Shown piece by piece: positions 40,382-53,870 of a stretch of DNA of 64,000 bases. Each line of letters opens with the position of its first letter. Within the stretch, counting starts at the first letter, position 1. Under the pieces are notes generated by a model. That model did not search any database, was not told where the DNA came from, and was given only the letters and a program-made list of their open reading frames with translations. Location of the stretch: NCBI RefSeq assembly GCF_006345805.1, contig NC_043001.1, forward strand, positions 85,932,001-85,996,000, given 5' to 3'. Origin of the DNA: Octopus sinensis (lineage: Eukaryota). Both the position numbers and the translations under genes were made by a program.

Positions 40382-40937
40382 TTGAGTGAGAGAGCAGTTC
40401 ATGCCATCAAAGTGACACTGGGGTAAAATATACGAAACCCAATATACCCATCATGACTACCCGTCTGATAATGGTACACCAGGCACATGCATCACAACCA
40501 TATGTGCGCGACATGGTGATCCCGTATCAAGATAAACAGCACATGACCTTGCAGGTGGAGTCCAGTTAGAATTTTCTTCAGGTTGAGTAGCCCATCCCGC
40601 TCAAAAGATCCCTGAATAAGGATTGTTTAAGGATGTTGAAAGAACCACCCATGTTTCCAGAGGTGAATTATTCAAACCCCAAAGAATCCCTCTCAACACA
40701 TGGCTATGATGCTCCCCCACTACTTCTGCTCATGATCAGAGATGCACATATCGTCAGCTCCTAAGGGACATGGTCAACTGGTTAAGGTCAAACAACTGAC
40801 AAGCAAATCTGTGGTATGGAGCAGAATATTTGCTGTAGCCCATCTTTTATACCAAGATAAAACAATATACATGATAATACTTCCAATAAGTTAAGATCAG
40901 AAGCCATGAGAGCCACTGCCTGGTACTGCATCAGGGC

Positions 40938-40940
<3 letters not shown>
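40382..40940 (-). mobile_element. ~560-bp non-coding interspersed element embedded in (ATT/ATC)n tracts
   Basis: Sharp boundaries against trinucleotide tracts on both sides; no ORF. Recalled as a recurrent octopus repeat, not verified; one copy here. Confidence 0.5.
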
Positions 40941-40982
<42 letters not shown>

Positions 40983-40995
40983 CATTATTATTATT

Positions 40996-41066
<71 letters not shown>

Positions 41067-41093
41067 TATTATTAATATTATTTATTATTATTA

Positions 41094-41129
<36 letters not shown>

Positions 41130-41170
41130 CATTACTATTATTATTACTATTATTATTACTATTATTATTA

Positions 41171-41214
<44 letters not shown>
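40941..41214. repeat. (ATT)n trinucleotide array
   Basis: Direct reading. Confidence 0.98.
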
Positions 41215-41216
<2 letters not shown>

Positions 41217-42187
41217 GTCTGGGGAGAGTCATTCTCTTTTAGTGCCTTATTACTTAACTCATTGGTTCGATTTCCACTCATTTACTTATTAATTTTTTGG
41301 AAAGTTTTTGTCTTGCAACATTTTCAATAGTGGTTGAATATATAAATACACGGAAACAAAAATTCGTGTGCATGGAAACCTAAATAAACTTGAGTTCACC
41401 AAAACAGAACAGAACAAATGATTCGCATTCTCCTGACACAATAGATTAGAGGAATAGTGAATATTTGTTAAACATTTCAGCTATTCTCTATTTGTGTTTT
41501 CTTGATGAACAAATTCACGCACTCACATATACATACACAACACATAAGTGCGTAAACGATCAAATTTTAAAGAAACATACACCTATTTTCAACCATGACA
41601 CGCACACCCACGAGTGCATGTTTATCCACATATATACGCACATATATATTCATATGTATTCTTACATCATCCAGATCAGTTAACCATAACATGAAGAGTT
41701 GTCTTGACTTAAACAACTGATTCTTTACACTTTGTTAGCGATCTGTTTGAATTCTGCAAGAAAATATACTTCAAGTTATTCTCACAGAAATATACTAAAA
41801 AACAAATCCCGGCGGTAAGAATTTTACTTTCCAATCACATGATTCTTGGTTCAGTCGTGACATCTTGGGCAAGCGTCTCCTGTTATAGTCACTGGAATTT
41901 TTTTACAATTTCGGCCACTGTGTACGACATAGGAGAATGAGCGAAGTGTGTTATGAAGGGATTCTCCTGCGATGTTAACAACAGCGAAAAACATGGAATA
42001 TGCAGGGACATAATAAGAATACACATGCAAGTGATCGCGCACACGTAAGCACTCGCGCTCGCACGTGTGTGTGTTTGTGTGTGCGTGTATATATGTATAT
42101 ATTTGTATGTGTCTACATATATATCTACCCATCTCTTTCTCCATCTATACATACATACATACATACATACATACATACATACATACA

Positions 42188-42220
<33 letters not shown>

Positions 42221-42404
42221 GGGGAGAATTCACAAAAAAAAAAAAAAGACGAAGACAGGTGGTGTAGAAAACACACAGATGTATTAGTATGACGCTCGGG
42301 AATTGAAATAGTCTTTAACACAGAAAGGAACACAGACAGAAACGATGAGAGAAAACTGTGTGAAATAGCTAGCGATCTATCATGGCGAATTATATTATAT
42401 ATAT

Positions 42405-42457
<53 letters not shown>

Positions 42458-42474
42458 AGATAGATAGATAGATT

Positions 42475-42521
<47 letters not shown>

Positions 42522-42527
42522 GATATG

Positions 42528-42573
<46 letters not shown>

Positions 42574-43152
42574 GAAAGAGATAGAGTATGAGGGGCTGGG
42601 GAGATAAAAGTGTGGCCTTCATCTAATGCTAGGAATCATTTATTTTCATTTGATACGCATTATTTTTTATTACAGCTTCTTTGAGCTACAAGCTACATGT
42701 ATTTTACATACAATGGCAAATGAATTAGATTTCACTGACTTAGTAACATATCGTCTGCTTTATTCAAATTTCATTGAAGCAATAAAACGCAAGTAAAGTT
42801 CAAGTTATTGCAAAAACTAGTAGTTAAACTCAAAAAGATATTGATTTTTCTGTCTTTTATCTAGACAAAACGTCCTTACAATTTATGGCGCTCAACAAAC
42901 GGGGGTTTGTGTCATTCATGCTTTTACCAGATGCAAAAGCAAAGAAAGTGAAAGCGATCTTTTAATAGAAATACTGTATGCCAAATTGTTTAATATGTTT
43001 TCCTATTAGAGTTTTATATAAGTTTTGTTTTTAGATTCAGAAGGTTAAAGAAAAGAAAAAGCTGAAGCATAAAGACAGAAAATAGTGAATTTGATATATT
43101 TTCAGGAAACTTTTTACACGTTTAGTATTTTACACAAACACACATACACACA

Positions 43153-43194
<42 letters not shown>

Positions 43195-43614
43195 AAAACG
43201 CACACATAGAGAAACATAGACATATATGCACACATATATATATTACATATATTAATGGGTTTTTTTGTCTTATTTCAAATGTTATCTTGTAATTACTTCA
43301 TGACACATCATCAGTAACGCATCCCAGGGTCAGTAACTGATTTTTCATCAGCCAATGTTAAACACCCGAGTAATATTACACACGGTTCATCAAACTTCAC
43401 TTGTGTGCAATTAAGTCTGACCCAGGTACGGTTACCCCTTCCTCACCAAACTTGAAGCGATTGTTGCTGTTTCTATGACCAGCTAAATGACACTCTACCA
43501 CCTGACCTCTACGAGACTCAGTATGCATTGTATATGTATGAGTGTTTGCGTGTATGTGAGTGTATGACCGTTTGTGTTTGTGTGTTGTGTCTGTGTGGTG
43601 CGTATGTGTATGTA

Positions 43615-43868
43615 TCTTTTACTCTTTTATTCTCATTTACTTGTTTCAGTCATCTGACTGTGGCCATGCTGGAACAACGCCTTTAATCGAACAAATCGCC
43701 CAAGGCCTTTTTCTTTGTAAGCCTAGTACTTATTTTATCGGTCTTTTTGCCGAACCGCTAAGTTACTGGGACGTAAACACACCAGCATCGGTCATCAAGC
43801 GATGTTGGGGGGACAACCACAGACACACAAACACAAACACACATACACATACAAACATACATACATAC

Positions 43869-43907
<39 letters not shown>

Positions 43908-44138
43908 CGTGTTTATGTTTGTGTGTATGTGGTTGTCCCCCCAACATCGCTTGACGACCGATATATATATATATATACGACAGGCTTCTTTCAGTTTCCG
44001 TCTACCAAATCCACTCACAAGGCTTTGGTCGGCCCGAGGCTATAGTAGAAGACACTTGCCCAAGGTGCCACGCAGTGGGACTGAACACGGAACCATCTGG
44101 TTCGGAAGCAACCTACTTACCACACAGTCACTCCTATA
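43615..44138 (-). mobile_element. SINE family A, full length, with an internal inverted duplication
   Basis: 43787-43820 is the reverse complement of 43929-43962 (33/34). Confidence 0.9.
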
Positions 44139-44204
44139 CATAAACATTTACTTACATATATATATATATCCATAGTATACATGCATATATATATATATAT
44201 ATAT

Positions 44205-44517
44205 GTTGCAAGATTCCTGATGTGAAACCATGTGTTGAAACATATATTGTGTTTCGGGATGATCATTATTATTTTGGGTCTTTTTTATTCGGCCAACTAA
44301 ACACACGCACTATATATTCGTCGTTCAATCGTTTATTACTGTTTTTATTTTAATTCATGTCCATAGCTCGGAAATCGTTCGTCACACCTCTGTGACCTCT
44401 TCAGTGATACTTTCCGTCCTCGTGTGAGCTCCTGCTCCGCTTAGTCCATTCTGTTCTACTATGAAATGTATCCGTATATACGCATGCGTTTGAGTTTATA
44501 TTTGTGTTTATATGTAC

Positions 44518-44549
<32 letters not shown>

Positions 44550-45040
44550 GCATGCATATGCAACAAACAACAACAAACAACAACAGCAACTGCCACGACG
44601 GCAGCAGCGTGGGCGAACACACAACCAGAATGAGATGCAGAAACGGTACCAAAGGTCGGGATCAAGGGCAGCAGCAGCGGCAAGAGGGTAAAGGACAGGG
44701 GTGATGGGGTCACAGTGCTACTAAGAACAATGACGATAATGATGACAACAATATAAAGGGCATAAACCCATAAACGCACATAAGCTCACATGCGAAGCAC
44801 ATAGACACGCGTACGGACACACACAAATACAGACTCAAACGGATACGCACATAAGGACACAGGTCATAGAAGAACAGAATGGACTAAGCGGAGTATCTAC
44901 GCTTAAATCTACAGTACTCCCTATATAAGTCATTGCTTGGTGGTTGTGAGGTATTAACACAGTACATTTATATATGACATTCACGAGGGCATAAACTGGG
45001 TACACGACAATTGCAAGAGATTTTAATTATAGATAGAGTA
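44205..45040. mobile_element. Possible Penelope-like remnant (short inverted arms, degenerate hammerhead-like motifs, low-complexity core)
   Basis: CTCCGCTTAGTCCATTCTGTTCT (~44437) is inverted at ~44871; CTGAAGA-G-GTCAC..GTGAC-GAAC on the minus strand at ~44375-44405. Confidence 0.35.
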
Positions 45041-45613
45041 TTGTCCTACTGAGTTTAATCGAGGTCAATGAGTCATTGGCAGGAGTAAGCCCAAGTCGGA
45101 GTCCCAAAACACACCCAGACTGTATGACTTCACCGGAACTACTATTCACCACTCGGTGATCTGGATTTTGAGATACTGCCATCCCCCCAGAACGACTCAA
45201 TATAAGAGAGCTTGGTAGGGATCTGACCCAGAGGGAGAAGGGTTGATTTCACGTTTTCTAGATGTAACTTTTTTTCTCGTGTACTTATATTGGCGCACAC
45301 ACGCATGCGCATGCACAAGTGCATCCGCGCGCGCGTGCGTGTGTATATACGCGGTGCGTGTGTATATACGCGCAAAACAAGCGTTGGGGATTGGTAAGCG
45401 TTGCGAATGCGTACGCGTTGGGGATTAGAATACGTTGGGGAGTTGGTAAACGTTGGTGATTGGTAATTGGCGATCCTGCTCGTGGTGTTGGTTGTTAGCG
45501 GTGACCTTGGTGCAGACGGTGCAGAGTGACAGCTGATGCTAAGATGAATATTTTCGAGTTACCGGCAGTCAGAGGCCTGAAATTTGCCAGAAGGGTATAT
45601 CTGTATATATCAT

Positions 45614-45885
45614 TTAATGTAGCTAACCCTTAAGGGTGGATGATACTGTAGCTTGTAGCCCCAGAAAGACACCTTCTCCAGCTGACTATTGATACACTTT
45701 CTGTGCCCTCCCCAGGAGGACACCTCCTCCAGCTGGTTATTGACACACTTTATTTGCCCTATCAGTATTTACTAATACAAATACTGATAGGGCACAGAAA
45801 GTGTTTCAATAACCAGCTGGGGGAGGTGTCCTCCTGGAGCTACAAGCAACAGTAGCATCCACCCTTAAGGGTTAGCCACATTTAA
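45614..45885. mobile_element. Palindromic MITE bounded by TTAA
   Basis: GCTAACCCTTAAGGGTGGATG / CATCCACCCTTAAGGGTTAGC; central hairpin GCCCTATCAGTATTT..AAATACTGATAGGGC; ~48-bp internal duplication in the left arm. Confidence 0.8.
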
Positions 45886-46656
45886 GTAGCAAATATACTT
45901 CACGTTGTTGTGCAGCTACTGTTTATATCTCGCTCAGAGATTTACTGTTGATCCTTTAATTTCGTTTACGGGAAATGTTTTGAATATGTATATAAAATCC
46001 CTTATTCTATTATGACAGCTACAATCTAACGATGTCAACAGGAGGTACTAGTATTTTATATAAATAACATCGATGGATTATTATTGTTATTATTGTGTGT
46101 AAGTGTATACATGCATGCAGAAATACATATATACATACATACGTCCGTAACATGAGCAATTTGTCATTTATCAAAATAGACTAAACTGTTCTTTTTTTCG
46201 CAGTTCTTTTCCAAACGACGATAAGAGCCTTTTATAAACAATTTAATACCAATTAGGGGAAGGTAGTTTTCCACAATGCTCAATTTGTTTCCGACTATTT
46301 TCCCCTCAATTTTAATGTTATAATGTTGATAGATATAATATATTTTATACGTAGCTTTTAATGTCACACTTTCTTCTCTAGATTGGTGTAATTATTGATA
46401 AAATGTCCTAAGTATTTGTAATATTTCCAATAATTGGCAAGAATAGTAAACGGTGAAATGTCAAGGATATTATAGTGAGGTTTCTTTGACCCTCCTAATA
46501 GTGGCGCTTGTGTGTGTGTGGTCCGTGTTTCTGTGTGTCTGTGTCTGTGTGTACGTGTATGTACGTGTGTGTGTGTGCGTGTATGTGTGTGTGCGCGCGC
46601 GAGTGTGTGAGCGTGTGTGAAGGATCTTGTTCCAGTGGTAAGGATGCTACATTGTG

Positions 46657-47048
46657 TTACTCTTTACTTGTTTCAGCCATTCGACTGCGACCATGCTGGA
46701 GCACCGCCTTTAGTCGAGCAAATCGACCCCAGGACTTATTCTTTGTAAGCCTGGTACTTATTCTATCGGTCTCTTTTGCCGAACCGCTAGGTTACGGGGA
46801 CGTAAACACACCAGCAACGGTTATCAAGCGATGTTGGGGGAACAATCACAGACAAACAAACACACACATATATATGTATATACATATATACGACGGGCTT
46901 CTTTCAGTTTCCGTCTACCAAAACCACTCACAAGGCTTTGATTGACCCGAGGCAATAGTAGAAGACACTTGCCCAAGGTGCCACGCAGTGGGACTGAACC
47001 CGGAATCATGTGTTTGGTAAGCAAGCTACTTACCACACAGCCACTCCT
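46657..47048 (-). mobile_element. SINE family A, full length
   Basis: Collinear with other full copies. Confidence 0.93.
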
Positions 47049-48310
47049 CTTGAACAAAATACTTTATTTCATATGCTTCTAGTCCACTCACGTGTTAATG
47101 TGCAATCCTGCGATGGACTGGCTTCCCGTTTAAGGAAAATATTTCGATCTCGGTCCTAAATACACCATGGAAGCTAGTAACCGACACTATGAGTTCTTGG
47201 GCACGGAACAGTAATGGAAAAGGAGTTAGTTTTGATACGTAAATTGTATATGAGTTGTGTGTGTGTTGTGTGTGTGTGTGTGTGTGTGTGTGTGCCCAAA
47301 CCATGAGATTCGCGAGACCAATTTCTTCAATGCTGGTAGTAGGGTTGTTCGGTGATATTGAACGAAGTAGCTATTTTAGCAAAAGTAGTTAATTGTAAAG
47401 CAGATATTCCGCCATAGCTAATTCCACGATTTATTTCTCTCGGGAAACATACTTCCGCATTCAGTATGTCCTAGAAAAAGTACAGTACACCGTTAGGTTG
47501 CCGTTTGGCATCCAAGATTTCCTAAGGATCATAAATGAACGCTGTACTTGTTTTTAAACCAGAGTTGTCGCTAGAAATTAACTCAATCAGCCTTCATTTA
47601 TATCTGATCTTTGACTATCATGACTGGTATGCCATAACCCATCCTAACATCGCTCCGACTTTCAACACAGACAGTACAAAAAATTCCGCCACCAGGGGAG
47701 CTATGTTACACGAATATATAAAACTGTACGATGACAATACTGTTGCTAATGACAGCTTCGTCAGACATCGATTTTTGTTGTTGTTTTATGTGTATATTGT
47801 TTAGTTTTATTAAAGAGATATTTCAATTTTAGAAATTCAATCATTTTCTTTTCTTCTAGAATTTCCAGCTATTTTTCTTTTCTTCTTAATCTATTTTGTT
47901 TTACACGACTCTGATGCATTATCTTTCTTAAACAAAATGAATTAAAAAAATCCAAACAATATATCAAAAGGATAAAAAAATATTTAAAACTATTAAATAC
48001 AGCCTAGACGTCAGGTGACTGTCAAATTTTGAAAAAAAAAAACACAATGACGTCATATGATTAATCAAATTACTGATAGACATTTATCTTAACAAAAAGT
48101 TTTCCTTTTTGAGTGAAATATCCTTGCAAATAACAACGGTGGTTATACAAGTAATGAATGATTTATGAGATTAGTTATATGAGGGAAAAGGGTTTCGTCT
48201 CCTACTTATTGAAGAAGTATAGTGTCTTCAATAATGAGCACTTTGAATAGACATACATATATGCATACATACATACATACAAGCATGCATACATACATAC
48301 ATATATACAT

Positions 48311-48349
<39 letters not shown>

Positions 48350-48351
48350 CA

Positions 48352-48393
<42 letters not shown>

Positions 48394-48404
48394 CTGTCCG
48401 GCAT

Positions 48405-48560
48405 TCGCCATGATAGATCGGTAGTCACTACACACATTTTTTCTCTCCTTGTTTCTTTCTGTGTTCCTTTCTGTGGAAGAGCGTAGGCTCGAAACGTTAT
48501 ATAAGACTTTTTTTCAATTCAAGCGTTATACTACACCACCTGTCTTCTTCTTTTGTTTTT
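48405..48560 (+). repeat. Interspersed repeat with a degenerate hammerhead-like motif; second, deleted copy at ~42225-42390 (minus)
   Basis: Shared CGCCATGATAGATCG and ACCACCTGTCTTC; GAAGA-GCGTAGGCTC-GAAAC at ~48478-48497. Confidence 0.55.
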
Positions 48561-48588
48561 TTTTTGGGGGGGGGCGTGAATTCTTCCT

Positions 48589-48687
<99 letters not shown>

Positions 48688-49067
48688 TAGATATATCGAA
48701 GCAAAGATGTACATAACAGCGTTTAAATATTGCGCTAAGGTGATCAACAACTTTAGATAGACGAAATTGAAGGTTGCCCGTTGGACTCGAACCTACGTCT
48801 GTAAAACCGTTAGAGAAATTCGGCGGAATGCTTTGGTCCAACGGTAGAACGCCTGTAATATTTACAGGAGATATGGATTACAGCCACACCGACAGGCTTC
48901 AATGTTTTCTTTCCAAAGTCTTTTAACTCAATAAGTGTTTATTTATAGCGTATTTGTTTCGAAATCTAGTTTCAAGAAAAAAGAAATTCTATCTCCCGTT
49001 TTTTTAAACTTTATAAATTCTTCCGTACACTCACACACTCACACACGCACACGCACACACACACGCA

Positions 49068-49123
<56 letters not shown>

Positions 49124-49180
49124 CAGACAAAAAAAAAACATATATAAATATATATACATACAAGCATATATATATATAAA

Positions 49181-50366
49181 TTGGATTAGCAACTAAGTTT
49201 CCGCCGTTTTTAAATTTTGGAATTTATTCTTTTCGAGAATTCTATTTGTGAATCATTTTGGAATCTTTTTTTCTTCAAGTTAATTTTAGTTAATTTTTGT
49301 TTAATTTCAGATCTTCAAAATGGAATGTCAGGTTAAGAAAAACGAGCATTTTCGACACCTCCTTCTTTTTGCTTTTAATCAAGGTTCTAAGGCCGCAAAG
49401 GCTACGCGCGACATTTGTGGTGTGTATGGAGATTGATATACCAAGTTCAAAAATGGAAATTTTGACCTCAAAGACGCACGTCGTTCTGGCCGTCCAGTTG
49501 AGTTCGATGAAGAGCGATTAAACCAACTTTTGCACGAAAATTCTTGCAGAGAAAATGGAATGTTTGCACACTGCTATAGAGAAGCATGTTCACTCGATAG
49601 GAAAGTTTCCGAAGTATGGAGCATGGGTTCCGCATGCTTTAAGTGACAACAACAAAAATCAACGGGCCACAATCTTCATTGGTTTGCTTGCTCATCACCG
49701 CTCAACTCATGGACATAAACAACGATTTGCTTACTGAATCGTTACTGGCGACGAAAAATGGTGCTTGTATATCAATATGAAGCAGTGTAAGGAATGGCTT
49801 AGCCTCGGTAAACAAGCGACACCGCGCGTGAAACAAGATCTTCATCTGCGTAAAACGATGTTGTGCGTGTGGTGGGACTGGGAAGGGATTAACCATTACG
49901 AATTGCTTGAACGGAAGCAAACGGTCAACGTAGAACTCTATGTTCAACAGATGGAACGACTCAACACAGCTACTCAAGAGAAAAGACCTAATCGGCAGCA
50001 TGGAGTTCTGCTGCACGACAACGCCCGCCAATATGACCATTCAAACGCATGGCTGGGAAGTTGTCACACCCGCCGTACTCTCCTGATTTGGCACCTACGG
50101 ATTTCTACCTCTTTCGATCTCTTTCAAATACTATGCGAGGAGTTTCGTTCAATACTGATGCGGGATTGAGGGCTTGGTTGGATCAATTTTTCGAGTCGAA
50201 ATCAGGTGGTTTCTACCAACGAAGTATTGAAAATCTTGTTGAACGTTGAGAAGTTGTAAACAACAAGGGTGAATACATTATTGATAAATTAGTTCTTATT
50301 TTTTATTAAACCTTTTAAAAAATATTTTAATTTAAAAAAACGGCGGGAACTTTGTTGCCAACTCAA
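49181..50366 (+). mobile_element. Inactivated mariner, copy 1 of a tandem pair
   Basis: TIRs TTGGATTAGCAACTAAGTTTCCGCCG / CGGCGGGAACTTTGTTGCCAACTCAA; WVPHAL, IVTGDEKW, LLHDNAR, HPPYSPDLAPTD; stop and frameshifts. Confidence 0.95.
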
Positions 50367-50415
50367 TATATACAAAGATGCACACACCACACACACACAC
50401 ACACCACACACAGAG

Positions 50416-50474
<59 letters not shown>

Positions 50475-50476
50475 AC

Positions 50477-50510
<34 letters not shown>

Positions 50511-50511
50511 A

Positions 50512-51696
50512 TTGGATTAGCAACTAAGTTTCCGCCGTTTTTAAATTTTGGAATTTATTCTTTTCGAGAATTCTATTTGTGAATCATTTTGGAATCTTTT
50601 TTTCTTCAAGTTAATTTTAGTTAATTTTTGTTTAATTTCAGATCTTCAAAATGGAATGTCAGGTTAAGAAAAACGAGCATTTTCGACACCTCCTTCTTTT
50701 TGCTTTTAATCAAGGTTCTAAGGCCGCAAAGGCTACGCGCGACATTTGTGGTGTGTATGGAGATTGATATACCAAGTTCAAAAATGGAAATTTTGACCTC
50801 AAAGACGCACGTCGTTCTGGCCGTCCAGTTGAGTTCGATGAAGAGCGATTAAACCAACTTTTGCACGAAAATTCTTGCAGAGAAAATGGAATGTTTGCAC
50901 ACTGCTATAGAGAAGCATGTTCACTCGATAGGAAAGTTTCCGAAGTATGGAGCATGGGTTCCGCATGCTTTAAGTGACAACAACAAAAATCAACGGGCCA
51001 CAATCTTCATTGGTTTGCTTGCTCATCACCGCTCAACTCATGGACATAAACAACGATTTGCTTACTGAATCGTTACTGGCGACGAAAAATGGTGCTTGTA
51101 TATCAATATGAAGCAGTGTAAGGAATGGCTTAGCCTCGGTAAACAAGCGACCCGCGCGTGAAACAAGATCTTCATCTGCGTAAAAACGATGTTGTGCGTG
51201 TGGTGGGACTGGGAAGGGATTAACCATTACGAATTGCTTGAACGGAAGCAAACGGTCAACGTAGAACTCTATGTTCAACAGATGGAACGACTCAACACAG
51301 CTACTCAAGAGAAAAGACCTAATCGGCAGCATGGAGTTCTGCTGCACGACAACGCCCGCCAATATGACCATTCAAACGCATGGCTGGGAAGTTGTCACAC
51401 CCGCCGTACTCTCCTGATTTGGCACCTACGGATTTCTACCTCTTTCGATCTCTTTCAAATACTATGCGAGGAGTTTCGTTCAATACTGATGCGGGATTGA
51501 GGGCTTGGTTGGATCAATTTTTCGAGTCGAAATCAGGTGGTTTCTACCAACGAAGTATTGAAAATCTTGTTGAACGTTGAGAAGTTGTAAACAACAAGGG
51601 TGAATACATTATTGATAAATAGTTCTTATTTTTTATTAAACCTTTTAAAAAATATTTTAATTTAAAAAAACGGCGGGAACTTTGTTGCCAACTCAA
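50512..51696 (+). mobile_element. Inactivated mariner, copy 2 (near-identical, period ~1331 bp)
   Basis: Same lesions and same 3' flank as copy 1; only three 1-bp indels noticed. Confidence 0.95.
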
Positions 51697-51783
51697 TATA
51701 TACAAAGATGCACACACACACACACCACACACACACACAGAGTCACACATACACACACACACACACCACACACACACACACAC

Positions 51784-51848
<65 letters not shown>

Positions 51849-52084
51849 CTTAGTTTCGTTTAGATGATATATGTGTATATATATTTGTGTGTGTGTGCGA
51901 GCTGGATTTGAGCTTAGACTATAAAGAGGTGAAACAAATACCGCAAGTCATTTTTAGGCCAATCCGCTACCCTAAATTCTAACATAGGCTTGAATCCGGC
52001 TATTGTAAATTGGGGAAGGTCAGTCGGTTAAGTCATCCCTATTTCGTGACTGGTACTATTTTGTATCAATAATCTTTTCTAGTC

Positions 52085-52470
52085 AAGACACAAGACCCGA
52101 AATTTTGGAGGAGCGGGCCAGTTGTTTACATCGACCCCAGTACACAACTGGTACTTAATTTATCGATCCCAAAAGGATGAATAGTAAAGTCAACCTCGAC
52201 GAAATTTGAACTCAGAACATAAAGACATACGAAATACCTATTTCTTTACTACCCACAAGAGGCTAAACACAGAGGGGACAAACAAGGACAGACAAAGGGA
52301 TTAATTCGATTACATCGACCCCAGTGCGTAACTGGTACTTAATTTATCGACCCCGAAAGGATAAAAGGCAAAGTCGACCTTGGCGGAATTTGAACTCAGA
52401 ACGTAAAGACGGACGAAATACCGCTAAGCATTTTGCCCTGCGTGCTATCATTTCTGCTAACTCACCCTCT
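52085..52470 (-). mobile_element. Composite SINE family B: segment 52239-52422 with tail 1 inserted into a copy with tail 2
   Basis: GAAATACC at 52231-52238 and 52415-52422 brackets the insert. Confidence 0.85.
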
Positions 52471-53539
52471 TTATTTTGTATCAATAATGAAAGGACGAAA
52501 GGCAAAAATCAGCCTCATCGGATTTTGAACACAGAATGTAAAGCGCCAGAACAAATACCGCAAATATTTGTACAACGATTCAATGATTCGACCAATGAAA
52601 TAGTTTCAACATCATCTTAGCCACCAGCATCACCACCATCACAGCTACTGCCAACCTCATAATTGTGGCCACCATCATGATCATTATCACGATGTTCATT
52701 ATCGTAATGATCACCATCATCGTCTTCATCAGAATCATCATCATCATCATCTCCGCCCCTTCGAATTCCACACCACCATCATTTTCATCATTATCATCAT
52801 CAACGCCATCCTTGTTCTCAGTCTTATCATGATCATGGTTGCCTTGAGCGTGATGTTCACCATCTTCATCAACAAAACCACCATTATCAATACTATCGTC
52901 CCCTCCTCTTCCTCTTCCTCAACATCATCATCCTTCTCTTCCTCCTAATCCGCCGTCTTGTCTTCATCGACAACATTTTTTTTTTCTTCTTACTCGTTAC
53001 ATTTCTTTTGTTTTGGTATTTCTACAGAAATGTGAGCAAAATTACAGCAAAATAACATTCCGACGTATTTTTGATAAGGATATTATTGTCACTAGTTTTA
53101 GATCTAATGCTATCTTACAGTGACTGCGCGTGATAACAACATATTATAACACCGACAACATATGCCTATTTGACTTGCCTGCTTGAGAACAGGCACACAC
53201 TGAAACTAGCTCGCACACAAACTCATAAATACACACACATGCATACATATACAGTCATGCACACGCACACACATACACATTCAGATACATTTACGTGTAT
53301 GTGCGTGTACTGTACTAAAACATTGAGTACGACAAAAGTTATTTTCTTTCGTTGAATCGCAACAAAATGTCTTTTGTTGGAATCACTATTTCAGTAAAAT
53401 ATGCTGCCACTCAGTACTTAGATTACGTTATTCTAAATTGACTTACTACGTTCTTTTGAACATGTCATTTGTATATAATAATTTTAATGTCGGTAGCCTA
53501 CAATTCATAGCGCCTACACTGAGAAAATGGAACAAAGTA

Positions 53540-53870
53540 CGAGGGGAAGTAAAAAAATTTAAGCACTTCAGTTTCTGCAATTTATTAAAACAAAAGCAGG
53601 TTTTGAATAATTACATCGCTTTTCGACAGTCTCCTTGCTTTTTATAATGGATTTCTTTCAGCAGCCAACAAAGCATGCTTATTCCATCGGAAAAGAAGCT
53701 TTTCGGCTGGCTGATCGTACAACCATTTATGCACCACTTCCTGTGCTTTTTCATCCGTAGTAAATCGACGACATTGTAAAGGAGTTTGAGTTGTCCAAAG
53801 AGTTAATAGTTGGATTGGATGAGACTTGTGGAGTAACCATTTTGTTTCACTGTCGCAAAGAGACTAAAGC
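53540..53870 (-). mobile_element. Mariner 3' end fragment
   Basis: TA-CGAGGGG TIR; minus strand RRFTTDEKAQEVVHKWLYDQP. Confidence 0.7.

Noticed and set aside
47686-47702. CTCF-like CCACCAGGGGAGC
   Set aside because: Single imperfect motif with no supporting context.
47730-47775. Minus-strand CTGACGA-AGC..GC-AAC hammerhead-like string
   Set aside because: Needs several indels to restore GAAA and stem I.
48775-48850. tRNA-like boxes and a 9-bp inverted repeat
   Set aside because: A-like and B-like boxes are on opposite strands and the T-stem is broken; at most a decayed SINE.
52600-52960. Met/Ile-rich ORF 52580-52771
   Set aside because: Degenerate (CAT/CAC)n low-complexity tract.
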